Below, piece after piece: positions 9,889 to 18,718 of a stretch of DNA of 64,000 nucleotides. How positions within the stretch are numbered: position 1 is the stretch's first letter; every line of letters starts with the position of its first letter. The stretch comes from an uncultured Gammaproteobacteria bacterium (GTDB lineage: Bacteria; Patescibacteriota; Patescibacteriia; UBA1558; S5-K13), in the NCBI GenBank assembly GCA_964640635.1, contig CAZXFD010000002.1, positions 179,115 through 243,114 of the forward strand. Direction: 5' to 3'. The notes under the pieces are model-generated. The model searched no databases, was not told where the DNA came from, and saw only the letters and a program-made list of their open reading frames with translations. The translations under genes and the position numbers were made by a program.

Positions 9889-10422
9889 ATGCCTAAAATA
9901 ATCTACTCTAAAAGACGAACTCTATGCCTTGAAATAGGAAAAAACGCGGAACTTATCATAAGGGCGCCAAAGCGATTACCAGAGTCCCAAATTTACAAAT
10001 TTATTCAGAAAAAAAGTGCTTGGATAAAATCTCGCCAAGAAAAAAAATTGGCCGACATTTCAAAAGTCCAAGAACTCGCCTCTAAAATAGACATCAAAAT
10101 ATCAAAATCAGATGCTTACAATATTATCTCTCAAAGAACTAAGGAATTATCTTCTACTTATAACTTTATCTATAATACAATCAAAATAAATAATGCGCGA
10201 ACAAGATGGGGATCTTGTAGTGCAAAAAATAATATTAACTTTACAAAAAAAATTGCAATACTTCCCGAATCAGTTATGAATTATATTATTGTTCACGAAT
10301 TATCTCATACAATAGAAAAAAATCATTCTCGCAAATTTTGGACTCTTGTCCGAAATATACTACCAAATTATAAACAACAACAAAAATGGCTCAAAGAAAA
10401 TGGACATATACTAGAATTATAA
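9889..10422 (+). CDS. DUF45/YgjP-like (WLM/SprT-type) metal-dependent hydrolase
   Basis: HELSHTIEKNHSRKFW (HExxH...H) near the C-terminus, about 178 aa. The true start is probably ATG 9889 (MPKIIYSKRRT...); the upstream extension of the ORF-track call overlaps repeat A and a GC hairpin. Confidence 0.6.
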   Translation: MPKIIYSKRRTLCLEIGKNAELIIRAPKRLPESQIYKFIQKKSAWIKSRQEKKLADISKVQELASKIDIKISKSDAYNIISQRTKELSSTYNFIYNTIKINNARTRWGSCSAKNNINFTKKIAILPESVMNYIIVHELSHTIEKNHSRKFWTLVRNILPNYKQQQKWLKENGHILEL

Positions 10423-11162
10423 TATTTTCTATTTTAACTTTGTTAATTTGTAATCAAATTACAAAAGCAGGAAGCACTAGCACAATAAGCATCGATGAAA
10501 CAATTCTTGATTCAGACAATGACGGACTTAGTGATTTCAAAGAAAAAAATATTTATTTTACAGATCCAAACAATTCTGATTCAGATGGAGATGGCTATAA
10601 AGATGGTGAAGAAATAAAATATAACTATTCTCCCAGAGACAATAAAAGAAAACTAATCTCCACAGACTCAGACCAAGATGGTCTAATGGATCTCTGGGAA
10701 ATAAATCTTGGAACTAATTTAATAAATCCTGACTCTGATGGCGATGGTTATAAAGATGGTGAAGAAATAATAGGTGGATATGATCCACTATCAAATAACA
10801 ACGAAAAACAAGAAAAGTTAATTAAAATTAATCTAAAAAATCAAGAACTAAGTTATTATCTAGGACCCAAAAAAATAACAAGCTTCAAAATATCAAGTGG
10901 CATAAAAAGCCTTGCGACTCCTCGTGGTACTTACAAAATATTAAACAAAATACCGGTTAAGCTATATAAAGGCATAGGATACAATTATCCAAACACAAAA
11001 TGGAATCTTCGTTTTTCTACCAGTGGATTATATATTCACGGGGCATACTGGCACAACAAATTTGGAACCCCAATGAGTCATGGATGTATTAATGTATCAT
11101 ATGAAAATATGGAATCACTCTACAATATGGCTTTAACTGGGGATAAAATAATCGTTGAATAA
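10386..11162 (+). CDS. L,D-transpeptidase (YkuD domain) with two N-terminal thrombospondin type-3-like Ca-binding repeats
   Basis: The C-terminal region (ATPRGTYKIL...LYIHGAYWHNKFGTPMSHGCINVS) carries the catalytic His/Cys of L,D-transpeptidases. Two D-x-D-x-DG-L-x-D...SDSDGDGYKDGEE repeats and an N-terminal signal/TM are present. Confidence 0.7.
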   Translation: MAQRKWTYTRIIIFSILTLLICNQITKAGSTSTISIDETILDSDNDGLSDFKEKNIYFTDPNNSDSDGDGYKDGEEIKYNYSPRDNKRKLISTDSDQDGLMDLWEINLGTNLINPDSDGDGYKDGEEIIGGYDPLSNNNEKQEKLIKINLKNQELSYYLGPKKITSFKISSGIKSLATPRGTYKILNKIPVKLYKGIGYNYPNTKWNLRFSTSGLYIHGAYWHNKFGTPMSHGCINVSYENMESLYNMALTGDKIIVE

Positions 11163-11280
11163 TCCCCCCCCCCCCCCACCCATCAGAAAATACAAAAAAA
11201 ACACAGTTTTTTTAAATTAACTGTGTTTTTTATTTGAAAATATTTTATTAATCCCTAAACCTTCTGATGGGTGGGGGGGG
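11163..11280. terminator. Long bidirectional terminator hairpin with a C14 homopolymer
   Basis: c14-acccatcagaa ... ttctgatgggtgggggggg outer stem of about 19 bp, with a nested inner hairpin acacagtt/aactgtgt plus T-runs, between convergent genes. Confidence 0.6.
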
Positions 11281-12309
11281 TTATTTCAATTCAAACGATG
11301 CAATAATATCTTTTATAGCATCAAATTTTGCTTTATCAGCGGTTACTGGAGCTTCAATGCTTGAATATGTAAATACATATTTAGTTCCTTCTTTTATAAC
11401 ATTCTCTAAGTTAGTGTCTTTGTCCTTTATTTTGTTCCATTGAGCCTTTGTAAATACAGAAATTGTAAATAATGGCTTATCAGTTGCAAAATTAAATGCT
11501 ATAGACTCTGTTTTGGTAGTATCTTTCTTATCTTCTTTTACTACATATCCAGCCCAAATTTGAGGAAATTTCAATGTAAATCCGTATGTTTCATTTTCAT
11601 AGTTCAAACCACTTACATCATAATCTTTAATCTTTACAGTTTGAAGCATAAGATCAAATAATTGTCCCTGTGCTTGACTATTTATATAATCATTTTGTGT
11701 TGCTAACTCAGCTGCATATGTTTCATTGATATAAAATCTTCTTATTAATGCAATATCTTTGCCCTTATTATCTTGTATACAATATGTAACTACACCACTT
11801 CCTTCTGCACCAACATCATATTTAATACCCTTTATATTTTGAAATACAAATTCAACCCCTGTGCTTTTTACATTTTCTGCCAAATATTCACAATCTTGTT
11901 CGACTTCTTGATTAAGAGAAATTTGCATATCTTTTGCAAGTTCACCCTCTGTTCCATCTTCTAGACTTTTAAGTTTGAAAGCTTGCATTTGGTGATAAAG
12001 TTCATCATTTTCTTCGTCTATTTTAAAAAGTGTATCTGGATACATTATGTCCATTCCAATTGTTTCATTGGAGTATGTTTTCCAATCTTGAACAGCTGGC
12101 ACTTGTAACTTACTTTGTTGATTTTGTTGGGCTTGTTGAAATTGAGCTAATTGAGTTTCAAGCTCTGTAATTCTTTGTTTTGCTTGTCTTGATTCCTCCT
12201 CTTTACTAATTAATATATTTTGTTGCCCAAAATATACAATACCCCCCACAATAAGAGCTGTTGCTATTATTGCAATGGAAAATAACCATATTGTTTTTGA
12301 TTGACTCAT
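11281..12309 (-). CDS. Hypothetical membrane-anchored protein with an N-terminal TM and a Q-rich coiled coil
   Basis: 342-aa ORF with N-terminal TM (IWLFSIAIIATALIVGGIVYF) followed by a QQAQQNQQ coiled-coil segment. No family recognised. Confidence 0.3.
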   Translation of the reverse strand: MSQSKTIWLFSIAIIATALIVGGIVYFGQQNILISKEEESRQAKQRITELETQLAQFQQAQQNQQSKLQVPAVQDWKTYSNETIGMDIMYPDTLFKIDEENDELYHQMQAFKLKSLEDGTEGELAKDMQISLNQEVEQDCEYLAENVKSTGVEFVFQNIKGIKYDVGAEGSGVVTYCIQDNKGKDIALIRRFYINETYAAELATQNDYINSQAQGQLFDLMLQTVKIKDYDVSGLNYENETYGFTLKFPQIWAGYVVKEDKKDTTKTESIAFNFATDKPLFTISVFTKAQWNKIKDKDTNLENVIKEGTKYVFTYSSIEAPVTADKAKFDAIKDIIASFELK

Positions 12310-12435
12310 ATTCTTTTTGTATCCAGCTATATAACTGGAGTTATTAATTTTTATTTAAACTTTAATTTGAATAAATTTTAGATAAATAGTCAAGTCGTTA
12401 GTTTCTATAAATATCATAGACATTATAACATATAG

Positions 12436-13179
12436 TTATTCAATGTCTATAAACCTTAAAATAAGTATAAATGCTATACCAAAAACGAAAAATGAAAAAT
12501 GTATTAAATTTTTCTTTATACTATTGTGATTTTTTATCTCCGGAATAAGGTCTGATGATGCAATATACACAAAACTACCAGAGGCAAAGGCCAATAAATA
12601 AGCTATGTTTATTTTTGAAGATACAAAATATGCCAAAACACCGCCCAACACTACTGTAAATGCAGACATAAAATTAAAAAGAAGCGCCTTCATTCTTTTC
12701 CAACCACCATGAATAAGAATACCAAAATCTCCCAACTCCTGTGGTATCTCATGAGCAATAATCACTAGCCATGTAATAATTCCTGTTTTTATATCAAAAC
12801 AAAACGCGGATCCTATTACAATACCATCTATAAAATTATGGACAGAATCTGAAATCAAAACTAAATAAGTAAATGGCTTTTGATGTTCGCTGGGCATCTT
12901 ATGGCAATGATGCCAATGAATAAACTGCTCCATCAAAAAAAATGTTGAAAATCCAATAAGCAAAAACACAAACACATCTTGACCACTTCCAAGTTTTTCA
13001 ATTGCTTCTGGTAAAAGATGCAGAAATGCCCCTGCAATAAGAGCTCCTGCTGAAAAAGAAACTAAATATAAAATTATTTTTCTTAAAAAATCTTCTTTTA
13101 TAAACAAAAACAATACCCCTATCCATGCAATAAGGGTTATAGAAAAAGTTGATATAATAATCCAAAATAATATTGACAT
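12436..13179 (-). CDS. ZIP family metal (Zn/Fe) transporter, ZupT-like
   Basis: HEIPQELGDFGILI signature in a polytopic 247-aa protein with a His-rich loop (HWHHCHKMPSEH). Confidence 0.75.
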   Translation of the reverse strand: MSILFWIIISTFSITLIAWIGVLFLFIKEDFLRKIILYLVSFSAGALIAGAFLHLLPEAIEKLGSGQDVFVFLLIGFSTFFLMEQFIHWHHCHKMPSEHQKPFTYLVLISDSVHNFIDGIVIGSAFCFDIKTGIITWLVIIAHEIPQELGDFGILIHGGWKRMKALLFNFMSAFTVVLGGVLAYFVSSKINIAYLLAFASGSFVYIASSDLIPEIKNHNSIKKNLIHFSFFVFGIAFILILRFIDIE

Positions 13180-14028
13180 TTATTTTTCCCAAAAATTAAT
13201 AATCTTTATATAATTATCCTTAATCATTTCAATTGCTTTATTTTTTGAAATTTTTCCATTATATAATTCCATTATAGGCTTATAAAAAATAGTTCTTCCA
13301 ACTGCAAAACCATTTATATCTTGAAATTTTTTTGCAATCTTTATCCAAGATCTGACCTGCTTCATATCTTCTCCTCTACCAAGCATTATAATAGCGACAT
13401 TATTTCTATTTTTCAAGTTTTTTATTTGTCTAATTATTATTTCCCAATCTGATTTTTTATCATAGGCTTCTATTTTCCAAATATCTGGATCAATGCCATA
13501 TTGCTGAATTTCAGAAATTACTAGAGCAGTATTTTTTGCTTTGTCGTTAATTTTTGGAGTAAGAAGCTCTATCAAAAACTTCATTTTATTTAATTTACAA
13601 AAATCATTGAGTTTTTTCAATTTTTTAAGCTGTAATAAATTTTGTTTTTTATTATCAAGATCATATCTTACCAAAACTTTAACAAAATCTGGATTAGAAC
13701 TTTTTATAAATTTTCCAAAATTACTACCGTGTTCAAACTCAAAAAACTCTTGACCACTTTTTTCTGTAGATATAGATAATAATATTTTTTGCTGTTTTGC
13801 AATCTTTATAATATCAGATCCAAATTCTTCATCTATCAATATAGCTAAATTTTTATTATTTTTTAATTGCTTTCTTGCCAATAAAAATCCTTGAAAAATA
13901 ATAGCCTTGTAAAATGATATAAGATTTTTATTTTCTTTTGATAGTGGTCTTTTCAAAGAAAAACTTCTAATCAAAAAATCTCTGTGATCAAATGGAAGCA
14001 TATAAATTTTGTCTTTGTATCCTAGCAT
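13180..14028 (-). CDS. Hypothetical protein, possibly a DeoC/LacD-type class I aldolase-like TIM-barrel protein
   Basis: N-terminal MLPFDHRDF resembles the LacD/DeoC-family motif ALAFDQRG. It is adjacent to and likely co-transcribed with gpmI (1-nt spacing to the ZIP gene). Weak call. Confidence 0.25.
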   Translation of the reverse strand: MLGYKDKIYMLPFDHRDFLIRSFSLKRPLSKENKNLISFYKAIIFQGFLLARKQLKNNKNLAILIDEEFGSDIIKIAKQQKILLSISTEKSGQEFFEFEHGSNFGKFIKSSNPDFVKVLVRYDLDNKKQNLLQLKKLKKLNDFCKLNKMKFLIELLTPKINDKAKNTALVISEIQQYGIDPDIWKIEAYDKKSDWEIIIRQIKNLKNRNNVAIIMLGRGEDMKQVRSWIKIAKKFQDINGFAVGRTIFYKPIMELYNGKISKNKAIEMIKDNYIKIINFWEK

Positions 14029-14033
14029 AAATT

Positions 14034-15626
14034 TTAAAAAACTTTTGTGATTATTTTTTTTATTAAATCTATTCCTATCATTTGTTTTGATGGCTTTATG
14101 TTCAAAAGTCCCAGCACGGTAGGAGCGATATCAGACAAAACTCCATTTATATCTTTTTGACAAAAATCTTCGTTTGAAATTTCTTTTGTTTTGTTTTTGA
14201 ATTTATCACTAACGATAACGCATGGAACTGGATATGAACTATGTTCTTTATCTATTTCTCCTGTTTTTAGATTTACCACTTCTTCTGCATTTCCATGGTC
14301 TGCTGTCAAAATAACTGTACCATTTTTCTTCAAGAAAGCTGGGATAATTTCTGATAAATTTTTATCGAGCGCCTCTATCGCCTTTATAGATGCATCAAGA
14401 TTTCCAGTGTGCCCTACCATATCAGCATTTGCAAAATTCACCACATAAAAGTTAAACTTATCTTGGTTCACCTTTTCTATAAGTACATTTTTAATTAATT
14501 CTGCAGACATTTCTGGGAGTAAATCATATGTTTCAACATCAGGAGATGGAATAAGAATTCTTTCTTCATTTTGATATTTTTCTTCTTTAAGTCCATTAAA
14601 GAAAAATGTAACGTGTGCATACTTTTCTGTTTCTGCTATATGAAGCTGAGACAAACCAGCGTTGTCTATAAGTTCAGACAAAGTTCCATTTATATCTGGC
14701 CTTCTAAAAGCTACCTCAACCGGTAAACCTTTTTGATATTCTGTAAAAGTTACCACTGACAAATTTTTTAGCTTCTCTCCCCTGTCAAACTCTTTGAAAT
14801 CTTCTTGAGTAAAAGCATTTAGTATTTGTCTTGCTCTATCTGCTCTAAAATTAAAAAATATTACTGAATCACCATCGCAAACTTTAGCTATAGGTTCACC
14901 GTCTTTGATGATAACAAGTGGATGAAATTCTTCATCAAAAATATTTTTTGCATAAGATGCTTGAATAGCTAGTGCAGGGTCTTCATCTTTGTCTTTTGCA
15001 ATACCATGAACAATTGCATCATAGCTAAGCTTAATTCTATCCCAATTATTATTTCTATCCATGCCATAAAATCTACCCGAGATAGTTGCTATTTTTCCAC
15101 ACCCATAAATTTCTATAGTCCTAAGTAGATTCTTTGTAAAAACAACCCCTTTATCTTTGGCAGTGTCACGACCATCTAAAAAAAGATGGATAAAAACTTT
15201 TTCTAATTTATTCTCACATGCCAGTTTCAAAAGAGATTCAAGATGTGCTTGATGAGAATGGACTCCTCCAGTTCCAAGAAGTCCAATAAGATGAAGTGCG
15301 CTATTATTGTTTTTTGCATTTTCTATAACTTTCAAAAGAACTTCATTCTTGAAAAAATTACCATTTAGTATTTCTTTATTTATTCTATTTAAACTCTGTG
15401 GAACTATTTGACCAGATCCAAGCGTAAGATGCCCTACTTCTGAATTTCCAACCTCACCATAGGGAAGTCCACTTGCCTCTCCCGATGCCTGCAACAAAAA
15501 AGATGGATAATTTTTTAACAAAAAATCCCAATATTTTGGCTTTGCAAGAGTTATTGCATTACCAATAGATGGCTCAGATACTCCCCAGCCATCTAAAATT
15601 ATAAGTGCAACTGGATTAGTAGTCAT
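14034..15626 (-). CDS. gpmI: 2,3-bisphosphoglycerate-independent phosphoglycerate mutase
   Basis: ILDGWGVSE, SEVGHLTLGSGQIV and ADHGNAEE motifs; 530 aa. Confidence 0.9.
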   Translation of the reverse strand: MTTNPVALIILDGWGVSEPSIGNAITLAKPKYWDFLLKNYPSFLLQASGEASGLPYGEVGNSEVGHLTLGSGQIVPQSLNRINKEILNGNFFKNEVLLKVIENAKNNNSALHLIGLLGTGGVHSHQAHLESLLKLACENKLEKVFIHLFLDGRDTAKDKGVVFTKNLLRTIEIYGCGKIATISGRFYGMDRNNNWDRIKLSYDAIVHGIAKDKDEDPALAIQASYAKNIFDEEFHPLVIIKDGEPIAKVCDGDSVIFFNFRADRARQILNAFTQEDFKEFDRGEKLKNLSVVTFTEYQKGLPVEVAFRRPDINGTLSELIDNAGLSQLHIAETEKYAHVTFFFNGLKEEKYQNEERILIPSPDVETYDLLPEMSAELIKNVLIEKVNQDKFNFYVVNFANADMVGHTGNLDASIKAIEALDKNLSEIIPAFLKKNGTVILTADHGNAEEVVNLKTGEIDKEHSSYPVPCVIVSDKFKNKTKEISNEDFCQKDINGVLSDIAPTVLGLLNIKPSKQMIGIDLIKKIITKVF

Positions 15627-15891
15627 AATTTATTGTTTCTATTTTTCCCTCAAGAGCTTCTCTAATCTTATTTTTTATAAGAGAATCATTTTCTTCTATT
15701 ATTTTCACGAGTTCTATTTTCTTGCTTTCATCTTGCTCTTTTTCAAGTTTGATGATCTTCTGATTCATTTTATAAACCAGATTCGTAATAATAGTAAGTG
15801 TTTTCTCTTTTTTATCTTCTGGAACGTTAAATTCCAAAAAATAGCTTTCTACTGATTTTTGCTTAATTTCTTCCATATTTTTGTTTATCAC
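15616..15891 (-). CDS. Small charged coiled-coil protein (91 aa), hypothetical
   Basis: ORF overlapping the gpmI start by 11 nt (translational coupling plausible). No family recognised. Confidence 0.3.
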   Translation of the reverse strand: MINKNMEEIKQKSVESYFLEFNVPEDKKEKTLTIITNLVYKMNQKIIKLEKEQDESKKIELVKIIEENDSLIKNKIREALEGKIETINYDY

Positions 15892-15964
15892 CCATATGAT
15901 GAAATAAATTTCTTACCTTTATTATAGCATTAATTTTAGGAGATTAGGAGGATTAGCCTGCCTG

Positions 15965-16020
15965 CTCATTCGAGTCTGGGCTTGAGAGCTCAGCTCTCAG
16001 AGTCGAAGACCGGTAGGCAG
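15965..16020 (-). repeat. 56-bp structured repeat, copy B (inverted relative to copy A)
   Basis: ctcattcgagtctgggcttgagagctcagctctcagagtcgaagaccggtaggcag is the reverse complement of 9781..9836 with 3 mismatches. It is nested in a larger inverted repeat ttaggagattagg (15938) / cctaatctcctaa (16079). Confidence 0.8.
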
Positions 16021-16194
16021 GGGAATTAGGTTAAATATAATCATTATTAGCATTAATACACTAATCTCACTAATCATCCTAATCTCCTAATCTAATCTTG
16101 ACTACTAGCCAATATTATGATAACTTCTATATAGACACTCGACGATTAAGCTTTCGGTGGCTTAAGACTACTAATATAATTAAATCAGAATAAA

Positions 16195-16809
16195 ATGACA
16201 AAAAACTTTCATTATGAATTGGGTTTTTTAATAGATGCAAACATTCCTGAAAATGAACATCCTAAAACAATCCAAACAGTTAAAGAGCTCCTCCTAGAAA
16301 AAGGTGCAAATATTATTTCCGAAATAGACTTTGGAAGAAAGAAATTGAATTATCCTATCAAAAAGTCTTTAAAAGCAAGCTTTTTTGTATTTGAATTTAC
16401 AATAGAAGCAAAGGAAATAAAATCAATAGAACAAACCCTAAAGCTCGAAAAAGCAATTTTGAGATTTTTAACAACAAAAAAACCTCATAATATTATCAAT
16501 CAAAAACCTACTGAAGTAGAGCCACAGAGAAACAACAACGATAGGAATGACAGAAACGACAATAAAAGAGAAAGGCCTTCTTTTGACAGAAAACCTGCGG
16601 AAACCAAAAAACCTGAGGTTATTGTAGAAAAAGAAGATGTAAAAGAAGATGTAAAAATCGAAGAACCTCAAGAACCTAAAGAAGAGATAGTAGAAGAAGT
16701 AGTAAAAACTGATGATATTAAACAGGCTGAAGTTGTTCAAAAAGAGCCTGTAGCTCAAAACGATTTAGACAAAAAATTAGATGAAATTTTAAATGAAAAC
16801 AAGTTTTAA
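16195..16809 (+). CDS. rpsF: 30S ribosomal protein S6 with a long acidic/Lys-rich C-terminal extension
   Basis: N-terminal about 95 aa (YELGFLIDANIP...KKLNYPIKK...FFVFEF) is S6-like. Conserved rpsF-ssb-rpsR gene order. Confidence 0.8.
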   Translation: MTKNFHYELGFLIDANIPENEHPKTIQTVKELLLEKGANIISEIDFGRKKLNYPIKKSLKASFFVFEFTIEAKEIKSIEQTLKLEKAILRFLTTKKPHNIINQKPTEVEPQRNNNDRNDRNDNKRERPSFDRKPAETKKPEVIVEKEDVKEDVKIEEPQEPKEEIVEEVVKTDDIKQAEVVQKEPVAQNDLDKKLDEILNENKF

Positions 16810-16839
16810 AAACATCAATTAACTAACTACATAAATCAT

Positions 16840-17268
16840 ATGGATTTAAACAGAGCAAGTATCATAGGAAGGGTTACAAATGACATTGAATCTCGTACAA
16901 CTCCAAATGGTCAAACAGTTGTTTCTTTTAGTGTAGCAACAAACTTCAAATGGACAGATGCAAGTGGACAAAAACAAGACAAAGCAGAATTTCACAACAT
17001 TGTTGCTTGGAGAAAATTAGCAGAAACAATTTCTCAATATCTAAAAAAAGGCTCAAGAGTATATATTGAGGGTAGATTACAAACAAGAAGTTGGGATGAT
17101 CAAAGTGGCAACAAAAAATATCGCACAGAAATAATAGCAGACAGTATGATAATGCTTGACTCAAAAGGTCAAACAATGCCATCCAAAGAAAACAATGACA
17201 CTACTTCAAATGATATAAAAATGCCTGAAGAAGAGGAAGAAATAAACATCGAAGATATCCCATTTTAA
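16840..17268 (+). CDS. ssb: Single-stranded DNA-binding protein
   Basis: OB-fold N-terminus (NRASIIGRVTNDIESRTTPNGQTVVSFSVATN...HNIVAWRKLAE), acidic tail ending DIPF. Confidence 0.85.
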   Translation: MDLNRASIIGRVTNDIESRTTPNGQTVVSFSVATNFKWTDASGQKQDKAEFHNIVAWRKLAETISQYLKKGSRVYIEGRLQTRSWDDQSGNKKYRTEIIADSMIMLDSKGQTMPSKENNDTTSNDIKMPEEEEEINIEDIPF

Positions 17269-17292
17269 GAAATTATTAAATACATAACAAAT

Positions 17293-17517
17293 ATGATCAA
17301 AACACAGATAGAAAAAAAAGATAGATATTGCTATTTTTGTAACAAAAAAATAGACTTTATTGACTATAAAGACTTACAACTTTTACAAAGATTTATTAGT
17401 TCTTACTATAAAATCGTTCCTAGAAAAAGAAGTGGGGTTTGTAATACTCACCAAAGAAAACTTTCTCAAGCCTTGAAAAGAGCTAGATTCATGGGTTTTC
17501 TTCCATTTACAAAATAA
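17293..17517 (+). CDS. rpsR: 30S ribosomal protein S18
   Basis: CYFCNKKIDFIDYKDLQLLQRFIS...KIVPRKRSGVCNTHQRKLSQALKRARFMGFLPF is the classic S18. Confidence 0.85.
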   Translation: MIKTQIEKKDRYCYFCNKKIDFIDYKDLQLLQRFISSYYKIVPRKRSGVCNTHQRKLSQALKRARFMGFLPFTK

Positions 17518-17554
17518 GCTTCTCTGCTCTAAAACAAGTTAACAAAGAAAAATT

Positions 17555-18115
17555 ATGTTGGATTTCAATGAATTAAAACTTGGAAAAATCATTTCTTTAA
17601 ATGATCAACCATATAAAATAGTTTTCACTCAACACTCAAAACAAGCAAGAAGCGGAGCTGTACTTCGCACTAAGCTCAAAAACCTTATCAATGGCTCTGT
17701 TGTTGAAAAAACTTTTGGTGGTGGAGACAAAGCAGAAGAAGCAAACTTGGAAAAAACAAAGGCTAGTTTCTTATATACAGAAGGAAATGAATATCATTTT
17801 ATGGATCCAGAAAGCTTTGAACAATTTTCCTTTCCAAAAGAAGAAATAGGTGACCAAGTACAATACTTAGTAGATGGCACTATCATTGATATACTCAAAT
17901 ACAATGGCAAACCAGTAAATATAAGTTTACCCACAAAAATGGATTTCAAAGTTATATCTGCTCCTCCTGGAATAAAAGGTGATACAGCTGGATCTGCATC
18001 AAAAATAGTTACTATAGAGACAGGTGCGCAAATCAAATGTCCTCTATTTATAAATGATGGCGATATCATAAAGGTAAATACAGAAACTAATGAATACGTA
18101 GAAAGAGCAAAATAA
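17555..18115 (+). CDS. efp: Elongation factor P
   Basis: KIISLNDQPYKIV..HSKQARSGAVLRTKLKNL, three-domain length of 186 aa. Confidence 0.9.
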   Translation: MLDFNELKLGKIISLNDQPYKIVFTQHSKQARSGAVLRTKLKNLINGSVVEKTFGGGDKAEEANLEKTKASFLYTEGNEYHFMDPESFEQFSFPKEEIGDQVQYLVDGTIIDILKYNGKPVNISLPTKMDFKVISAPPGIKGDTAGSASKIVTIETGAQIKCPLFINDGDIIKVNTETNEYVERAK

Positions 18116-18135
18116 TTTTCACATCTTATAATAAT

Positions 18136-18167
18136 AAAAACATGGAATTAAAAAACCATGTTTTTTT
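18136..18167. terminator. Hairpin terminator between efp and the convergent transposase-like gene
   Basis: Stem aaaaacatgg/ccatgttttt with an 11-nt loop, flanked by an A-run and a T7 run. Confidence 0.6.
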
Positions 18168-18645
18168 GATCTAAAAATGTATATTTATATTCCTCTGGAG
18201 TATTTGATAGTTTATGTTTCACACAATTAAAATAAACATAATTAGTAATCACTCCTAATTGTTTTTCTATATTAATTTCTCTTGATTTATAGATATACTC
18301 AAACAATCTTCCCGATCTTTTATACTTATCATTAAAATATCTTGTATACGAATGGGCTAATAAACCTATGAATTTTGATATAACTGAGCCACGATATTGA
18401 TTAACTCCAACCCGGGGTTGACCATTCGGCAACCCCGGGTTGGGTTCCTGCAAAACAAAATGATAATGATTTGGTAATAAACAATATGCAATTATATTTA
18501 TACCAGTTTTATAGCTATAAAACCTTAACTTATCCAAAAAATACTCAAAATCTATATCCGAAGCAAAAATCACTTTTTTATCTATGCCTCTATTGTAAAT
18601 ATGATATAGCCCACCACAATATATGTTTCTTTGATTTTTATGCAT
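18148..18645 (-). CDS. IS200/IS605-family Y1 HUH transposase homologue (TnpA/RAYT-like), single ORF
   Basis: YHIYNRG..., HUH motif LPNHYHFVL, and C-terminal NYVYFNCVKHKL (catalytic Tyr region); 165 aa. It contains an in-frame GC-rich perfect inverted repeat at 18408..18443. Confidence 0.7.
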   Translation of the reverse strand: MHKNQRNIYCGGLYHIYNRGIDKKVIFASDIDFEYFLDKLRFYSYKTGINIIAYCLLPNHYHFVLQEPNPGLPNGQPRVGVNQYRGSVISKFIGLLAHSYTRYFNDKYKRSGRLFEYIYKSREINIEKQLGVITNYVYFNCVKHKLSNTPEEYKYTFLDQKNMVF

Positions 18646-18718
18646 AAAAAAAGACCATTAATAAAAATTATTACGGCCATATTTAGATATTAAAATAATA
18701 TAAAAACAAAGTCAATGC

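Noticed and set aside
9781-16020. Composite transposon interpretation of the inverted 56-bp repeats
   Set aside because: The 6.1-kb interval contains only housekeeping genes (gpmI, ZIP transporter, L,D-transpeptidase) and no transposase, and the repeats are only 56 bp with internal secondary structure. A regulatory or invertible-segment interpretation fits better. I kept it as a finding rather than annotating a mobile element.
16468-16758. 96-aa minus-strand ORF inside rpsF
   Set aside because: It is antisense to the low-complexity acidic tail of S6; spurious.
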